Below, one piece after another: positions 47,648-57,216 of a DNA stretch of 64,000 bases; position 1 is the first letter of the stretch; each line of letters begins with the position of its first letter. Both the position numbers and the translations under genes were made by a program. The notes beneath the pieces are model-generated. The model saw only the letters and a program-made list of their open reading frames with translations. It had not been told where the DNA came from and searched no databases. Source of the stretch: a virus (lineage: Duplodnaviria > Caudoviricetes); the IMG/VR virus record IMGVR_UViG_3300050138_000573, positions 2,098 to 66,097 of that record, one strand, 5' to 3'.

Positions 47648-47656
47648 GGCGGGGGG

Positions 47657-48448
47657 TCAATCCCCCGCATAGCTCATTGGCGCAGGGGCGCGAGTCAGGG
47701 GGGTGCGTTGCGGCGACGGCTTGGATCCGAAAAGACCTTTCACGTAAGAATCATACATCCCGGCCGAGTGCGGGTTGGTGAAGCTGCGCATGTAGCTGCC
47801 TTCGCCGCCAACGTGAGTAGCCGGATTTGGCTGCGCGCCGCCGTAGGATGCCGATGGCGATGGTTGCCACGGCTGCATCGGTTGATTCGTGATCGGCGGA
47901 ATCCGCGCAATCGGGCTCATGTTGGCGAATCCCGGAGCAGGCGGTGGCGTGAACGGGGCGCTCTGGCCGGGCATGACGGAACTGACATCGCCGCCCAAGG
48001 GATTCGCGCGCTCGGTCTGCGGCGGTGGCGGCGGCTGCGCGGCGACCTGCGGCGCCATCGCGGGAGTCATACCGCTGACGGCGCCGGGTCGGGGCATGCC
48101 GTTGTCAGGACCCCAGGCGAGCATGTTCACGCCGCCGGGGTGGTTTGCAGTCTGGTCGAAATTTGCGCCGGGTGCGGCAATTCCGTTCGCGCGGCCGTAA
48201 GCCAGAAGATCGGTACTACCGTCCGGGCCCGGCTGACCCGGCGCGGGCGGCGCAGCGGGAGCGGCGGTGGGAGCCGGCGGCTGCATGCCTGGAATCGGCG
48301 CAAACCCACGCTGCGGCATTCCTTGATTCATTACCGGGCTCGCGGCACCGGGGGGCGGTTGAAAAACCCCCGCACGTCCCGCGACTGGAGCGCCAACCGG
48401 GAGGCGCGCACCTGTTCTCGTAAGACCACGTGGTTTCGGCATGTTCAT
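47657..48448 (-). CDS. Pro/Gly/Met-rich low-complexity protein
   Basis: ORF fills the gap between TerL and the giant gene. Confidence 0.65.
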   Translation of the reverse strand: MNMPKPRGLTRTGARLPVGAPVAGRAGVFQPPPGAASPVMNQGMPQRGFAPIPGMQPPAPTAAPAAPPAPGQPGPDGSTDLLAYGRANGIAAPGANFDQTANHPGGVNMLAWGPDNGMPRPGAVSGMTPAMAPQVAAQPPPPPQTERANPLGGDVSSVMPGQSAPFTPPPAPGFANMSPIARIPPITNQPMQPWQPSPSASYGGAQPNPATHVGGEGSYMRSFTNPHSAGMYDSYVKGLFGSKPSPQRTPLTRAPAPMSYAGD

Positions 48449-48493
48449 GCGACGGCTGAATCCTCTTGGCCGTCGCAATGCAAAAAGCAAGTT

Positions 48494-50329
48494 TTATGAG
48501 AACGCTGATCCTAATCCTGCCGGCTTAGTTTCGAGGTTTTGCAGGTCTGGGGGCAGACCGAATCCGCCGCGGTTGGGCATGTAGGTCATCGCCTGGTCGA
48601 TGAGCAGCAGACCAAGCGCGATCGCAATCACATCGTCGTCCTTGCTGCCCTCGCCGGCCTCTGATCGGCCGTTCATCTTCACGATGAAATTCTCGCATTC
48701 CTCGATTGCGTCGGGATCAAAGATGTCGATGCCGTCGCCCGGCGTATCGAACTCGCGGATGGCTTGCGCAAGACATTCGACCAGGGTTTCGCGCGTCTTT
48801 TCGTTCGTGATGTAGCCAAGCGCCTTCGTCTTCTTAAACTCAAGCTGGTTGAAAATCTCACGCATGTAGAGATTCGCGCCGCGCTGTTTCAGGAGTTCGG
48901 TCAGGCCGCGGTCCATGTTCATCTCGATCGCGATCATGCACCCCATGTGGCCGCCGTAGAAGCGCGCCAGTTTCCACGCGACATCCTCAAGCACGTCGAT
49001 GTCGAAACGGCATTTGATGATGCGAGCGACGGCCGCCGTGCGGTTCCACTTGCCGCTGCCATCCCAGTACCCCTGGCGCAGAATGTGCGCGCCATGGTAG
49101 TCGGGATCCACGCTGCCGGTCTGCGTCGCGCCGGTCATCGGGTCGATCGCGAGGATGTATTTTCGCCCGGGCTGCGGCCTCTCGTAGATGATGATGTTTG
49201 ATTCGCCGCGCTCAGTGGGGCGAAAGGCGATCGTCCTCGACTTCGTTTCCTCGAGCACTCCGGGCATCGCCACGCGCAGCCCCATCCTTTTCCGCAATAC
49301 GGAAAGCCCGGCAGCGTTGAAACGCCGATTGCCGGATTTCATGAAGGCGTCCTGCCAAGAATGGGGATAATCCCGGTCAAAAATCTGCTTGTCGCCTTTG
49401 CACTCTTCCTTGATTGCCCACCGGCGCCAGGCCAGTTGCTCCCACATATCGTAGTCTTGGACGCTCTTCCCGAGGTGCGGGGTGCCAGCATCGTCGTCGT
49501 GCCGGTAGCGTTCGATCAGCATGCGTTCGCCCGAATACCATTCCTCGTCGTCGATCGTTTTTTCGAGCTGGAATTTCTCGGCAGGAGTCAGCCGCATCGC
49601 GGAATCTTGAAACTCGAACCACGGAGCAAACACGCGCACCACGTCGCCCGGCTTCAGGTCGATCTTGCCGCTCAGATAATCCTCGGCATCGACTGCGGGC
49701 AACCACCGTTCAAAAAATGGCCCGGAGGCACCTTCAGCTGTGGACTCAAGAATGACGATTGTATCGGGGAGCAGCGGCACGCACTTCAGGATGTTCGCGA
49801 GCACATCGCCGGCGTTGGCGATGCCGTAGCGGGCCCAGCGCGCGACCTCCGTGGCGTGAAGAATTTGATTCGTCCCGGCGATGCCGGCCTGGGCGTCACC
49901 AGCGGTTTCCTGTTTCAGCCGGCTGCCGTTTGACCAGTTGCCAGTCTTCGAATCGATCTTGCCGGTGTTCCCCCAATCGAAAACGTCATTGTTCTGGTAG
50001 GTTTGGAGCATGCTCCAGATTTCCGAGGTCTGGCTGTATTGCCCTCCGATGACAACCGCTGAAGCCGACATCTTGCGCATGTAGTGGTAGTCGAGCGCGC
50101 TAAAGAAAGTTGTGCTGCCTTTTTGCCGCGGCTTCAGCCCGATGATGCGAATCGGCAGTTTATCCGCCTCCATTTTTGCCACGACTTTCTGCACAAGGCG
50201 CTGGAGATAGTTCATCTGCGGCCGCATGAGTCCCTTGCTTCTGTCCTTCGGCCAAATCCTGCCCATCGTCTCGAACCACACGCCGGCGTTGGAACGGATG
50301 GCTTCCTTGAGTATGGCTTGTTCGCTCAT
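48494..50329 (-). CDS. terL: terminase large subunit
   Basis: LKPRQKGST Walker A region, LHATEVARW, ILESTAEG, YILAIDP, AIEMN, DDDVIA.AL nuclease motif. Confidence 0.93.
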   Translation of the reverse strand: MSEQAILKEAIRSNAGVWFETMGRIWPKDRSKGLMRPQMNYLQRLVQKVVAKMEADKLPIRIIGLKPRQKGSTTFFSALDYHYMRKMSASAVVIGGQYSQTSEIWSMLQTYQNNDVFDWGNTGKIDSKTGNWSNGSRLKQETAGDAQAGIAGTNQILHATEVARWARYGIANAGDVLANILKCVPLLPDTIVILESTAEGASGPFFERWLPAVDAEDYLSGKIDLKPGDVVRVFAPWFEFQDSAMRLTPAEKFQLEKTIDDEEWYSGERMLIERYRHDDDAGTPHLGKSVQDYDMWEQLAWRRWAIKEECKGDKQIFDRDYPHSWQDAFMKSGNRRFNAAGLSVLRKRMGLRVAMPGVLEETKSRTIAFRPTERGESNIIIYERPQPGRKYILAIDPMTGATQTGSVDPDYHGAHILRQGYWDGSGKWNRTAAVARIIKCRFDIDVLEDVAWKLARFYGGHMGCMIAIEMNMDRGLTELLKQRGANLYMREIFNQLEFKKTKALGYITNEKTRETLVECLAQAIREFDTPGDGIDIFDPDAIEECENFIVKMNGRSEAGEGSKDDDVIAIALGLLLIDQAMTYMPNRGGFGLPPDLQNLETKPAGLGSAFS

Positions 50330-50733
50330 GCGGGGTTCCTCTTGAGGACGGGATCGACTGCCGGTTCAAACTCAAAGCGCGAGTAGAAGCCGGCGGCGTC
50401 TCGGGTTGCGAGCACGCAGACCGTGTTTTTCACGTCCGGGTGCGTCACGATTGCCTGCATCAGCTTCGTGCCCACGCCGCGGCGCTGCCAGTCCTCGATC
50501 ACAAAAAAGTCCACGATGCTCGAAAACATCGTCTTGTCTGTGACGACCCGCGCGAAGGCGATCGGCTGAATCAATTCCATCTCTTCGACCCAGAAGCAGA
50601 GCGAGTTCTCCACGCCTTTGCGAATGCGTTCCTCAGTCAACCACCAACCCCAGTACGTTGTCCGCAGCTTCTCGATGAGCCACGGGAAGTCGTCCGGGTT
50701 TGTCTGCGTGCTAATGCGAAGATTGAGTTTCAT
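50326..50733 (-). CDS. GNAT acetyltransferase
   Basis: FARVVTD, WQRRGVGTKLM, AAGFYSRF. Confidence 0.9.
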   Translation of the reverse strand: MKLNLRISTQTNPDDFPWLIEKLRTTYWGWWLTEERIRKGVENSLCFWVEEMELIQPIAFARVVTDKTMFSSIVDFFVIEDWQRRGVGTKLMQAIVTHPDVKNTVCVLATRDAAGFYSRFEFEPAVDPVLKRNPA

Positions 50734-51427
50734 CGGCTTTCAATTTCGTGACCACCTCGCGCCGCATCTGGATCAATCGGGCCGTTGGGTTGAGCGCCAC
50801 GTCCCCGCCATCATACCCCTCTTTCGCAGGATGGCGTTCCCCGCCGTAGCCGATGTGGTCCACGAATGAAACTCGGGAGACCGTGAACCGATTCCCAAGG
50901 AGCGCGGGAATTTCCCAGTCGAAATGCTGGAGGACGGGGATGTAGTCCTTGAATCCTTCCACCTGCGCGCGGGTCAGGAGATAACTGATGCCTGGCGCGA
51001 CACCGCGGAAAATGACTTCCTTCGCCGGATCATCCTCGATCGTGTTCCCCTGAAGCCGCACGTGCGCCTGCGTGTTGTAGAGGCAAACTGCGCCACCGTA
51101 TTCCTGCTGCAAACGCAGTCCGTGACTGCGCCAGGTGGGATCGTGCATCGCATCGAGGTCGGTGAAATAGAGGTGCGTGAACTCAATTCGGTTCAGGAAT
51201 TCTTTGAGATGGTTTCGACGCTGCGCCTGAATCCCGATGTTCCGGCCATCGACCACCACATCGGCGCCGCACCCATGCAGGAACTCGGAACCGTACTCGC
51301 TCGACCCATCGTTGTAGCACACCATCTCGTCGCCCTTCACCGCGCCGGCCTTGACCGTCGGAAGGCAGAGTTCGGCGATGGCCCGGCGATTGCGGCATGG
51401 TATGCAAATGTAGAGGCGCGCGTTCAT
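50711..51427 (-). CDS. glycosyltransferase family 2-like
   Basis: ICIPCRNR, YNDGSSE, YFTDLD (DxD), VDHIG. Confidence 0.8.
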   Translation of the reverse strand: MNARLYICIPCRNRRAIAELCLPTVKAGAVKGDEMVCYNDGSSEYGSEFLHGCGADVVVDGRNIGIQAQRRNHLKEFLNRIEFTHLYFTDLDAMHDPTWRSHGLRLQQEYGGAVCLYNTQAHVRLQGNTIEDDPAKEVIFRGVAPGISYLLTRAQVEGFKDYIPVLQHFDWEIPALLGNRFTVSRVSFVDHIGYGGERHPAKEGYDGGDVALNPTARLIQMRREVVTKLKADETQSSH

Positions 51428-51428
51428 G

Positions 51429-52160
51429 TTACCAAGTTTTGAGTCCGTCAGTCGCCGCGCGCGGATTGAGCTCGCGGAAAAGTTTTTCGCCCACCCGGTA
51501 GGCCACGGCCGAATTCTGCTTGGCATACGTGTTATCCCAAGGAACGGTTTTCGTGTGATAATGGTGTTGATGCAGAAACACGATCTGCCGCGCTTGAATG
51601 AAATACGATTTGCCGTCGCGTTCGTTGCGTAGGGCGCGATATGTCCAATGGTCGTCACTCCAGACTGACAAAAATTGCGGGTTCAAAAAGTAACCTTCCA
51701 TCGCCATGTAGTCCCGCGAGCAGATCGCCGTCACACAAAGAGCGTCTTTTCGGTAGCCATCGCTGACGGCGATGCAGAATGGTTTTCCCTCTTTTTGCAG
51801 ACGTTCATTACCTGAAATAACATCCATGAGCATCGCGTCCCATTTATCCGCCGGCTCGATGTCATCCGATGCCTGCACGAGTAGCTTGCCTGAGCAAACC
51901 TGCGCCGCCGCGTTCCACGCCGCCGCCGAGCCGAGCGCGTCCGAAGCCACCGTATGGTATCTAGCAAACTTGAGGCGCGGGGCATGTGCGAGCAGGTGCA
52001 TGTCCAATGGGAAACGGGTATCGTCGTCGCTGTTCACCGATAAAATATACTCCACTTTCTCAGGGTGCTGCGCGCGGTCATGGAATAGCAGCATCGCGGC
52101 GATGGCCTTTTCCGGCCGGCCGAGGGTGGCGTGGAGCACGCTGAAGGTGATGTCGGTCAC
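51429..52160 (-). CDS. glycosyltransferase family 2-like
   Basis: SVLHAT.GRP, AAWNAAA, QASDD, SVWSDD..T, HQH; GTGA-coupled start. Confidence 0.75.
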   Translation of the reverse strand: MTDITFSVLHATLGRPEKAIAAMLLFHDRAQHPEKVEYILSVNSDDDTRFPLDMHLLAHAPRLKFARYHTVASDALGSAAAWNAAAQVCSGKLLVQASDDIEPADKWDAMLMDVISGNERLQKEGKPFCIAVSDGYRKDALCVTAICSRDYMAMEGYFLNPQFLSVWSDDHWTYRALRNERDGKSYFIQARQIVFLHQHHYHTKTVPWDNTYAKQNSAVAYRVGEKLFRELNPRAATDGLKTW

Positions 52161-52858
52161 GGGCAAAGTTTCCTCCGCGCGTATTCGTAAACGCATTGAT
52201 CTTTTACCCCGTGCAAAAGCACTGGCTTCACCTCCCCGCCGTCGCGGTGAGTTTCGATCTGCTCGTCGGTCAGCGCCGTTTCCTTCCAGCGGTTGCAAAT
52301 CAGGTTCGTCACATGCCAGTGGTCTTTGACGTAGGGGGCGATTGCGCAGTCCCAAGCCAAGTCCTTCGGGACATTGTTGAAATCGACGAGGCGTGCGAAA
52401 TCAGGCCGGACCGCGCAATTCCCATTGATGTGGCCGCCGCCGCCATCGCGCCACGTCCCCATCATCCACTTGCCCGCCGCAAGCGCAATTTTCCACTCGG
52501 CCATCAACTGATCGATCCAGTCTCTCTGGATCGGGATGCAATCAGGCTCGAGCAGTAGCACGCCATCGATTTCATTCCAGCCGGCATAAAGCCACCGGCG
52601 CAGAATTTCGTCGAGCGCAGCTTTGGCCATAAAGTTGGGGCCGGCCGGCCAGCCTTTGGGTGCGCCAACAACTGCGTAATCATAGACCATCATCCCGCGT
52701 AACAGTCGGATGTTCTCCCACGAAGGTCCGGCTTCTGCCGTGTGAACGCAGAGAAAATAAACGTCGTCACGCCAGCCGCCCTCGATGTCGGCGATCAATC
52801 GCATCAGGCGCATGGCGTCCGCCTTGTCGCCCTCATGATACTGGAGCGCGATGACCAT
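52157..52858 (-). CDS. glycosyltransferase-like (GT-A, ExD) protein
   Basis: GWPAGPN, LLEPDCIP, HINGN, LLHGVKD; paralog of the middle domain of 53510-55786. Confidence 0.6.
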   Translation of the reverse strand: MVIALQYHEGDKADAMRLMRLIADIEGGWRDDVYFLCVHTAEAGPSWENIRLLRGMMVYDYAVVGAPKGWPAGPNFMAKAALDEILRRWLYAGWNEIDGVLLLEPDCIPIQRDWIDQLMAEWKIALAAGKWMMGTWRDGGGGHINGNCAVRPDFARLVDFNNVPKDLAWDCAIAPYVKDHWHVTNLICNRWKETALTDEQIETHRDGGEVKPVLLHGVKDQCVYEYARRKLCP

Positions 52859-53508
52859 CACTTTGTTAGCGTCCATCCCTTGCATGCTTTGACTTGGCTG
52901 TGGAGTAACCGATGGAAGTACGATCTGCTTACTTCAATTTTCTCACAGAATGCGGCGCGATTCGTTCCAACGTGCCGCGTCCCATCGGGTCCGGTCACAT
53001 CATAAGGGAGACAATGGGCACCCGATGTCGCGGCGATATGCTTTGCTGTGAGTTTACGCCCCATTCTCTCTGCGGAATACCGCGCCCTTCTCTCTGGATC
53101 ATTCCATATTTTTAGCTGGCCCAGTCGCATTTTCTCTATCGTCGCCAGTGAAAACGTGTGCCCGGGGCAGCGAAGCGCGCTCCTGACGATGTTGTAGCAA
53201 TTCGGATCATCCACGAATTGCTTCACGAAACCCTCTTCCCTCTCTAGTAGCACCCGTCTTGGGCAGGTTTCGAGCACGACAAAGATGAAATCGTTTTCAT
53301 TGTTCTTAGTAAACGATCGCTGGAGATGCCCATTGGCGTGACACCCAACCCTTAGTTCGGCCCTGTGCCGATAGAATCTTTTGTAGAAGTTCGTCGTAGA
53401 GCCGATGTAAAACTTCCCTGATGTGGTGTTCACGAGACAGTAGATGCCGCTCACCTTCTGAAGCGTGAGTGCGAACGGACTCGAGAATTCGTGCAGTGCT
53501 TGGACCAT
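52858..53508 (-). CDS. GIY-YIG homing endonuclease
   Basis: SGIYCLVN..SGKFYIGST..F.KR..H..L..G.H.N.HLQ; YNI. Confidence 0.9.
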   Translation of the reverse strand: MVQALHEFSSPFALTLQKVSGIYCLVNTTSGKFYIGSTTNFYKRFYRHRAELRVGCHANGHLQRSFTKNNENDFIFVVLETCPRRVLLEREEGFVKQFVDDPNCYNIVRSALRCPGHTFSLATIEKMRLGQLKIWNDPERRARYSAERMGRKLTAKHIAATSGAHCLPYDVTGPDGTRHVGTNRAAFCEKIEVSRSYFHRLLHSQVKACKGWTLTK

Positions 53509-53509
53509 T

Positions 53510-55786
53510 TTATTTCACGTGAAACGCCGGCGCCTTCCCCTGCATGATCGCCTCCGCTATTTTCTCGTAGCGCTTTATTCCTGAATGGGTCCAGAATTCG
53601 CAAAGGAAATCCCGATCATAGCGGTAGATTGCTTGCCACGACGTATTGGGATCAATGCCACACATGCGCCCATCTTCTTCTCGGTCGTAATCAACAAAGT
53701 GATATTTGTCTGGAAAATCTCTGATCGCGATCGCCGCAAGCGCGGGAAATTCTGCAAAATGTTGCGGAAAGGCATTCTGTCCCGACAGCACATAGTCGTC
53801 GAAGCTCTGGCCGGTGTGCGTTTCAACCATCTCGCGCAGTCGTCGGTAGGTCTCACGCCGATGTGCGTTCGGATGTTTGGTCATGCCCTCCCACTCAGGC
53901 GTGAAGCCTAACGCGCGCTCAACCGCTCCCTGCCAAAACAAGCGATTTTCATTTCTCTTCCCACAGTCAGCGTATCGTTCACGAACCAATATCGGCTTCC
54001 CATTCTGCATGAAATCCGCCGGCGTGCATTGCCGCCAGAACATGCAGTCCGCATCGAGGTGCAGGATGTAATCAGCCTCCGGGCAGATTTCGTCCGCCCG
54101 GCATTTCTGAATCAAATGTCCGAGATGCCCCTTGTCGGGGATCTCATCGAAGAAGTGAAACTTCACTCCTTTTTTTGCCCAATCAAAGAGGTGTTTTTCT
54201 GAGTTTGGTACAACGAGCGTGACGCCGTGAAAGCCGGCGGTGAACATCGAGATCGACCGCAGGCAGTAGCGCAGAAACTCCGTGTCGCGCTGGTGGGTCA
54301 CGATCAGGATTTCCATCCGGTCGCCAGGCGCGTGTTCGATGCGCAGGCTGGGCCTTACTTCGTTGCGTTGCGCAAGCACTCTTTTCTGGGCCTCGTAGGT
54401 CGAGGCGCACAAAGCCGGCGCGAGCGGGATCAGTGGTTGGTTGGCCCGCAGACAGAGGACATCAATCAAACTTCCGTCCTTGCACTGATGGAACAGTGCG
54501 GTCTCCGGCTTGATGTTCTTCTGAGCCCACGCCTCTGTAATCGGCAGCGGCGGGCGCCAGATTTGCTGAATGGTCTTCGCGTAGTGCGCCCGCGGCAGGA
54601 TGTCGTGAGCGCAGAGGGAATCGAAACCACATTCTTCCTGGCCCATCGCTGCCAGCGACGGCGCCAACTTACGCCAGTTTGGGTGATAGACTGCGTTGCC
54701 TGTGAGGTGCGGGATGTCGCCTGCGCGCTGCACGTCGCCCATGAAGGGCCGACCGCAGGCGCGGTACTCGGCGAGGATCTGTCCATACCACCCTTGTCTC
54801 ATTGGGACGGTATCGGCCTCGGCCCACAACATCGCGCGCCCGGGAAATTCTTTCTCACAATACTCTAGCGCTCCCTTGAACATCTGATTCGGAGATCCGA
54901 AGTAACCGATTTCTTCCAAACCACTGCATATCTCCGGCACAATCTGGAGTGGTTCGGCTGCATCACCTAATTGCTCGAACTGTTCACTCGTCAGCGCGGG
55001 TGTTGACCAGACTACCAGTGGGAATTTCTCTCTACCGTCCATGCCAGATGTCTCAGGGATGGCCAGTGAAGCCACCCACTTCAGCCACTTCATCGCTAGG
55101 TTCCAGTCAAAACGGGCGACCGGCAGCACCACCACAAGATCGAGCGCAGTGTTGTCCGTGTAAACCGGCCGCGTCAGTTTGCCGGCTTGACTGGCGGCGC
55201 GAAATTTCTGGTCGGCTTCTTCCGTCTTGATGAACCACCAGGACGTGCACCACGTCACGTGTGGGCGAACGCCGATGATCTCGACCAGATCCATCACGGC
55301 GGTCAGCGCATCGCTATTCGTGTCCTTGTCGTAGCGCGTGAAGAAATCATGACCGGAGAAGATACCGCCGATCTTCACCTTTGGCCACCAGGCCGCGATG
55401 TCCGCCTGTATGAACGGAAGCGCGTGATTGCCGTCGAGGTAAACCCAAACAAGTTCGCCGTCCTCAAATTTGGGGACGGCGTTGAGGCTCATCATCCGCA
55501 GCAGGTGGCAGCGTGGGTGGCGCCCGATGTTGCTTTTCACCTGCTCGAAAACGCTGTTCATGTCGTGCTTGTTCGCGCCGTCAAAATACACGTCCTCCGG
55601 CTGGTTGACCCACGGATCGATGCAGTAGAGTTCACCCTTCCACGTTTTCAGAATGTCGGTCGCATAGGCGCCAAAGAGCGTGCCAACCTCCACGCCCTTC
55701 CCGGTCAAACCCCGGGCATTGAGGAAGTCGCCGATCTGGTCGCGCATCGAGAGCGTGCGCAGGGCTGGCTGGGGGATGAGTGTCAC
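53510..55786 (-). CDS. three-domain SAM methyltransferase + two glycosyltransferase-like domains
   Basis: GVEVGT..G, IDPW, VYLDGNH, WWPKVK.GG..SGHD; WAEAD.VP; HLDADC. Confidence 0.8.
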   Translation of the reverse strand: MTLIPQPALRTLSMRDQIGDFLNARGLTGKGVEVGTLFGAYATDILKTWKGELYCIDPWVNQPEDVYFDGANKHDMNSVFEQVKSNIGRHPRCHLLRMMSLNAVPKFEDGELVWVYLDGNHALPFIQADIAAWWPKVKIGGIFSGHDFFTRYDKDTNSDALTAVMDLVEIIGVRPHVTWCTSWWFIKTEEADQKFRAASQAGKLTRPVYTDNTALDLVVVLPVARFDWNLAMKWLKWVASLAIPETSGMDGREKFPLVVWSTPALTSEQFEQLGDAAEPLQIVPEICSGLEEIGYFGSPNQMFKGALEYCEKEFPGRAMLWAEADTVPMRQGWYGQILAEYRACGRPFMGDVQRAGDIPHLTGNAVYHPNWRKLAPSLAAMGQEECGFDSLCAHDILPRAHYAKTIQQIWRPPLPITEAWAQKNIKPETALFHQCKDGSLIDVLCLRANQPLIPLAPALCASTYEAQKRVLAQRNEVRPSLRIEHAPGDRMEILIVTHQRDTEFLRYCLRSISMFTAGFHGVTLVVPNSEKHLFDWAKKGVKFHFFDEIPDKGHLGHLIQKCRADEICPEADYILHLDADCMFWRQCTPADFMQNGKPILVRERYADCGKRNENRLFWQGAVERALGFTPEWEGMTKHPNAHRRETYRRLREMVETHTGQSFDDYVLSGQNAFPQHFAEFPALAAIAIRDFPDKYHFVDYDREEDGRMCGIDPNTSWQAIYRYDRDFLCEFWTHSGIKRYEKIAEAIMQGKAPAFHVK

Positions 55787-56550
55787 AATGGTCGGCAGAG
55801 CCAGTCCCACCGCGGCGGTTCGCCCCACATCGTCAGTTCATATCCGCGGTCGCGGATGACTTTCTCCAAATCCGCGGGCGTGAAGCCGCGCTTGGCGAGC
55901 GCCTCGGCATACATCTCGACAAAAAGCCACGGCCGGCACCGCGCGATGGTCTCGCTCGCGCCGATGATCGTCGGGATTTCCGCGCCCTCCACATCGATCT
56001 TCATCAGTTTGCACGCGGGCAGCTTGAGTTCGTCAATTCGCGCCGTGGCAAACGATGTCGGCCCATCGTCCGGGGTGACGCTGCGCATCCCGAAGTTCGG
56101 GCCCGGGCAATCGTAAACCAACTTCACCCGCTCGCCGTTGCCGGTTGGCCGATTGTAAATCGTGACGCCCGGATTATTCCGGTTGTTGAAGACCGCGCAG
56201 ACGTAGGCATCAAAGAAGGGTTCGAACGCATGTACCTCGCCGGCGCCGGCCTTGAACAAAGCCTCGGCCGTGTCGCCGATGAACGCTCCGGCGTCCACGC
56301 ACACATCGCCCATCTGCAGGCCGATCGCCTTGGCGAGTTTCGGCATGTCGCCATCGATGTCGAGGGTCTTCATGGCCTCAGACCGCGGCGGTTGGTTGCA
56401 GTCGCCCTCGATGCACAGGGCGCCAAAGCTCAGCCGGCGGAGATGGATGACGTTGGGGTTGCTCACAGGGGTTGGGGTGTCGTTGGTTGCGCGCAGCCGT
56501 TCATCCTCCTGCTTGTCCTCGAGCCAGCGCGCCTTTTGCTCATCGTTCAC
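55783..56550 (-). CDS. FkbM-family methyltransferase
   Basis: VDAGAFIG, AFEP, LMKIDVEGAE..I.GA..TI...RP..FVE. Confidence 0.88.
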   Translation of the reverse strand: MNDEQKARWLEDKQEDERLRATNDTPTPVSNPNVIHLRRLSFGALCIEGDCNQPPRSEAMKTLDIDGDMPKLAKAIGLQMGDVCVDAGAFIGDTAEALFKAGAGEVHAFEPFFDAYVCAVFNNRNNPGVTIYNRPTGNGERVKLVYDCPGPNFGMRSVTPDDGPTSFATARIDELKLPACKLMKIDVEGAEIPTIIGASETIARCRPWLFVEMYAEALAKRGFTPADLEKVIRDRGYELTMWGEPPRWDWLCRPL

Positions 56551-56762
56551 AGGAACAAGGCGGGCTTCGGCAGTTGCAGCGCCGCCACGAGCTTCACGTA
56601 AACCGGCAGGCTCGGCCAATGCCTCGCCCACTCGATGTTCGCCAGGGTGCGCGGGTCGATGCCGACCATCCCGGCCACTTCATACTGTTTGAAACGCAGC
56701 AGTTGCCGCTGCGCGCGGACGGCTTTGCCGAAACGGATCAGTTCTTTTTTCTCGGGCGTCAT
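56547..56762 (-). CDS. XRE-family HTH regulator
   Basis: FGKAVRAQR...KQYEVA..VGI...TLANIE. Confidence 0.8.
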   Translation of the reverse strand: MTPEKKELIRFGKAVRAQRQLLRFKQYEVAGMVGIDPRTLANIEWARHWPSLPVYVKLVAALQLPKPALFL

Positions 56763-56872
56763 TTGTATTTGGGCCCCCTGTTCTTCCCTTGGGTGAGCAG
56801 GTAGCGGGCGATTTTATGCAGGCCGGATTTCGACACGCGACGCCCGGATTTGGATTTGCAGGATTTGCTCAT
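56759..56872 (-). CDS. 37-aa basic mini-protein coupling the two HTH genes (not in ORF track)
   Basis: MSKSCKSKSGRRVSKSGLHKIARYLLTQGKNRGPKYK; ATGA overlap on both sides. Confidence 0.5.
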   Translation of the reverse strand: MSKSCKSKSGRRVSKSGLHKIARYLLTQGKNRGPKYK

Positions 56873-57123
56873 TTGAGTGCCTTCGCCACGAGCCGCGCCT
56901 TCTCCAGCGTCCACTCGCGCTTGCCGTGCTCGAGATAGAAGAGGGTCCCCTGGCCGATGCCCGTCATGTACGCGACTTGCTTCAGGATGAGTCCCTTTGC
57001 GAGCCGGCGCTTCCGCACATCGGCGGAAAAGTCTTTCCAGAGTTGGGCCACGCGGGTCTGGTGCTCGCCGTGCTCGCGGATGGCGCGGTCAAGCCAGCGG
57101 ATGTGGTCGGTCAGGTCGGGCAT
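56869..57123 (-). CDS. XRE-family HTH regulator
   Basis: VRKRRLAKGLILKQVA..TGI....L.YLEHGKREW. Confidence 0.8.
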   Translation of the reverse strand: MPDLTDHIRWLDRAIREHGEHQTRVAQLWKDFSADVRKRRLAKGLILKQVAYMTGIGQGTLFYLEHGKREWTLEKARLVAKALK

Positions 57124-57216
57124 GTCGCTGCGCAGAATTCACACGCCTATGAAAATGCCAAGCAGAAAAAGTTGGCCTGTGAACAAGTTAATCTTGCGAG
57201 AAGAGGTCAGAGCGAA

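Noticed and set aside
52858-53508. Group I intron around the GIY-YIG gene
   Set aside because: The flanking ORFs appear complete and abut the endonuclease (1-nt gap and TGATG overlap), leaving no room for an intron core.
56825-56867. GGATTT direct repeats as operator sites
   Set aside because: Better explained as Lys-Ser codons of the coupled 37-aa ORF on the - strand.
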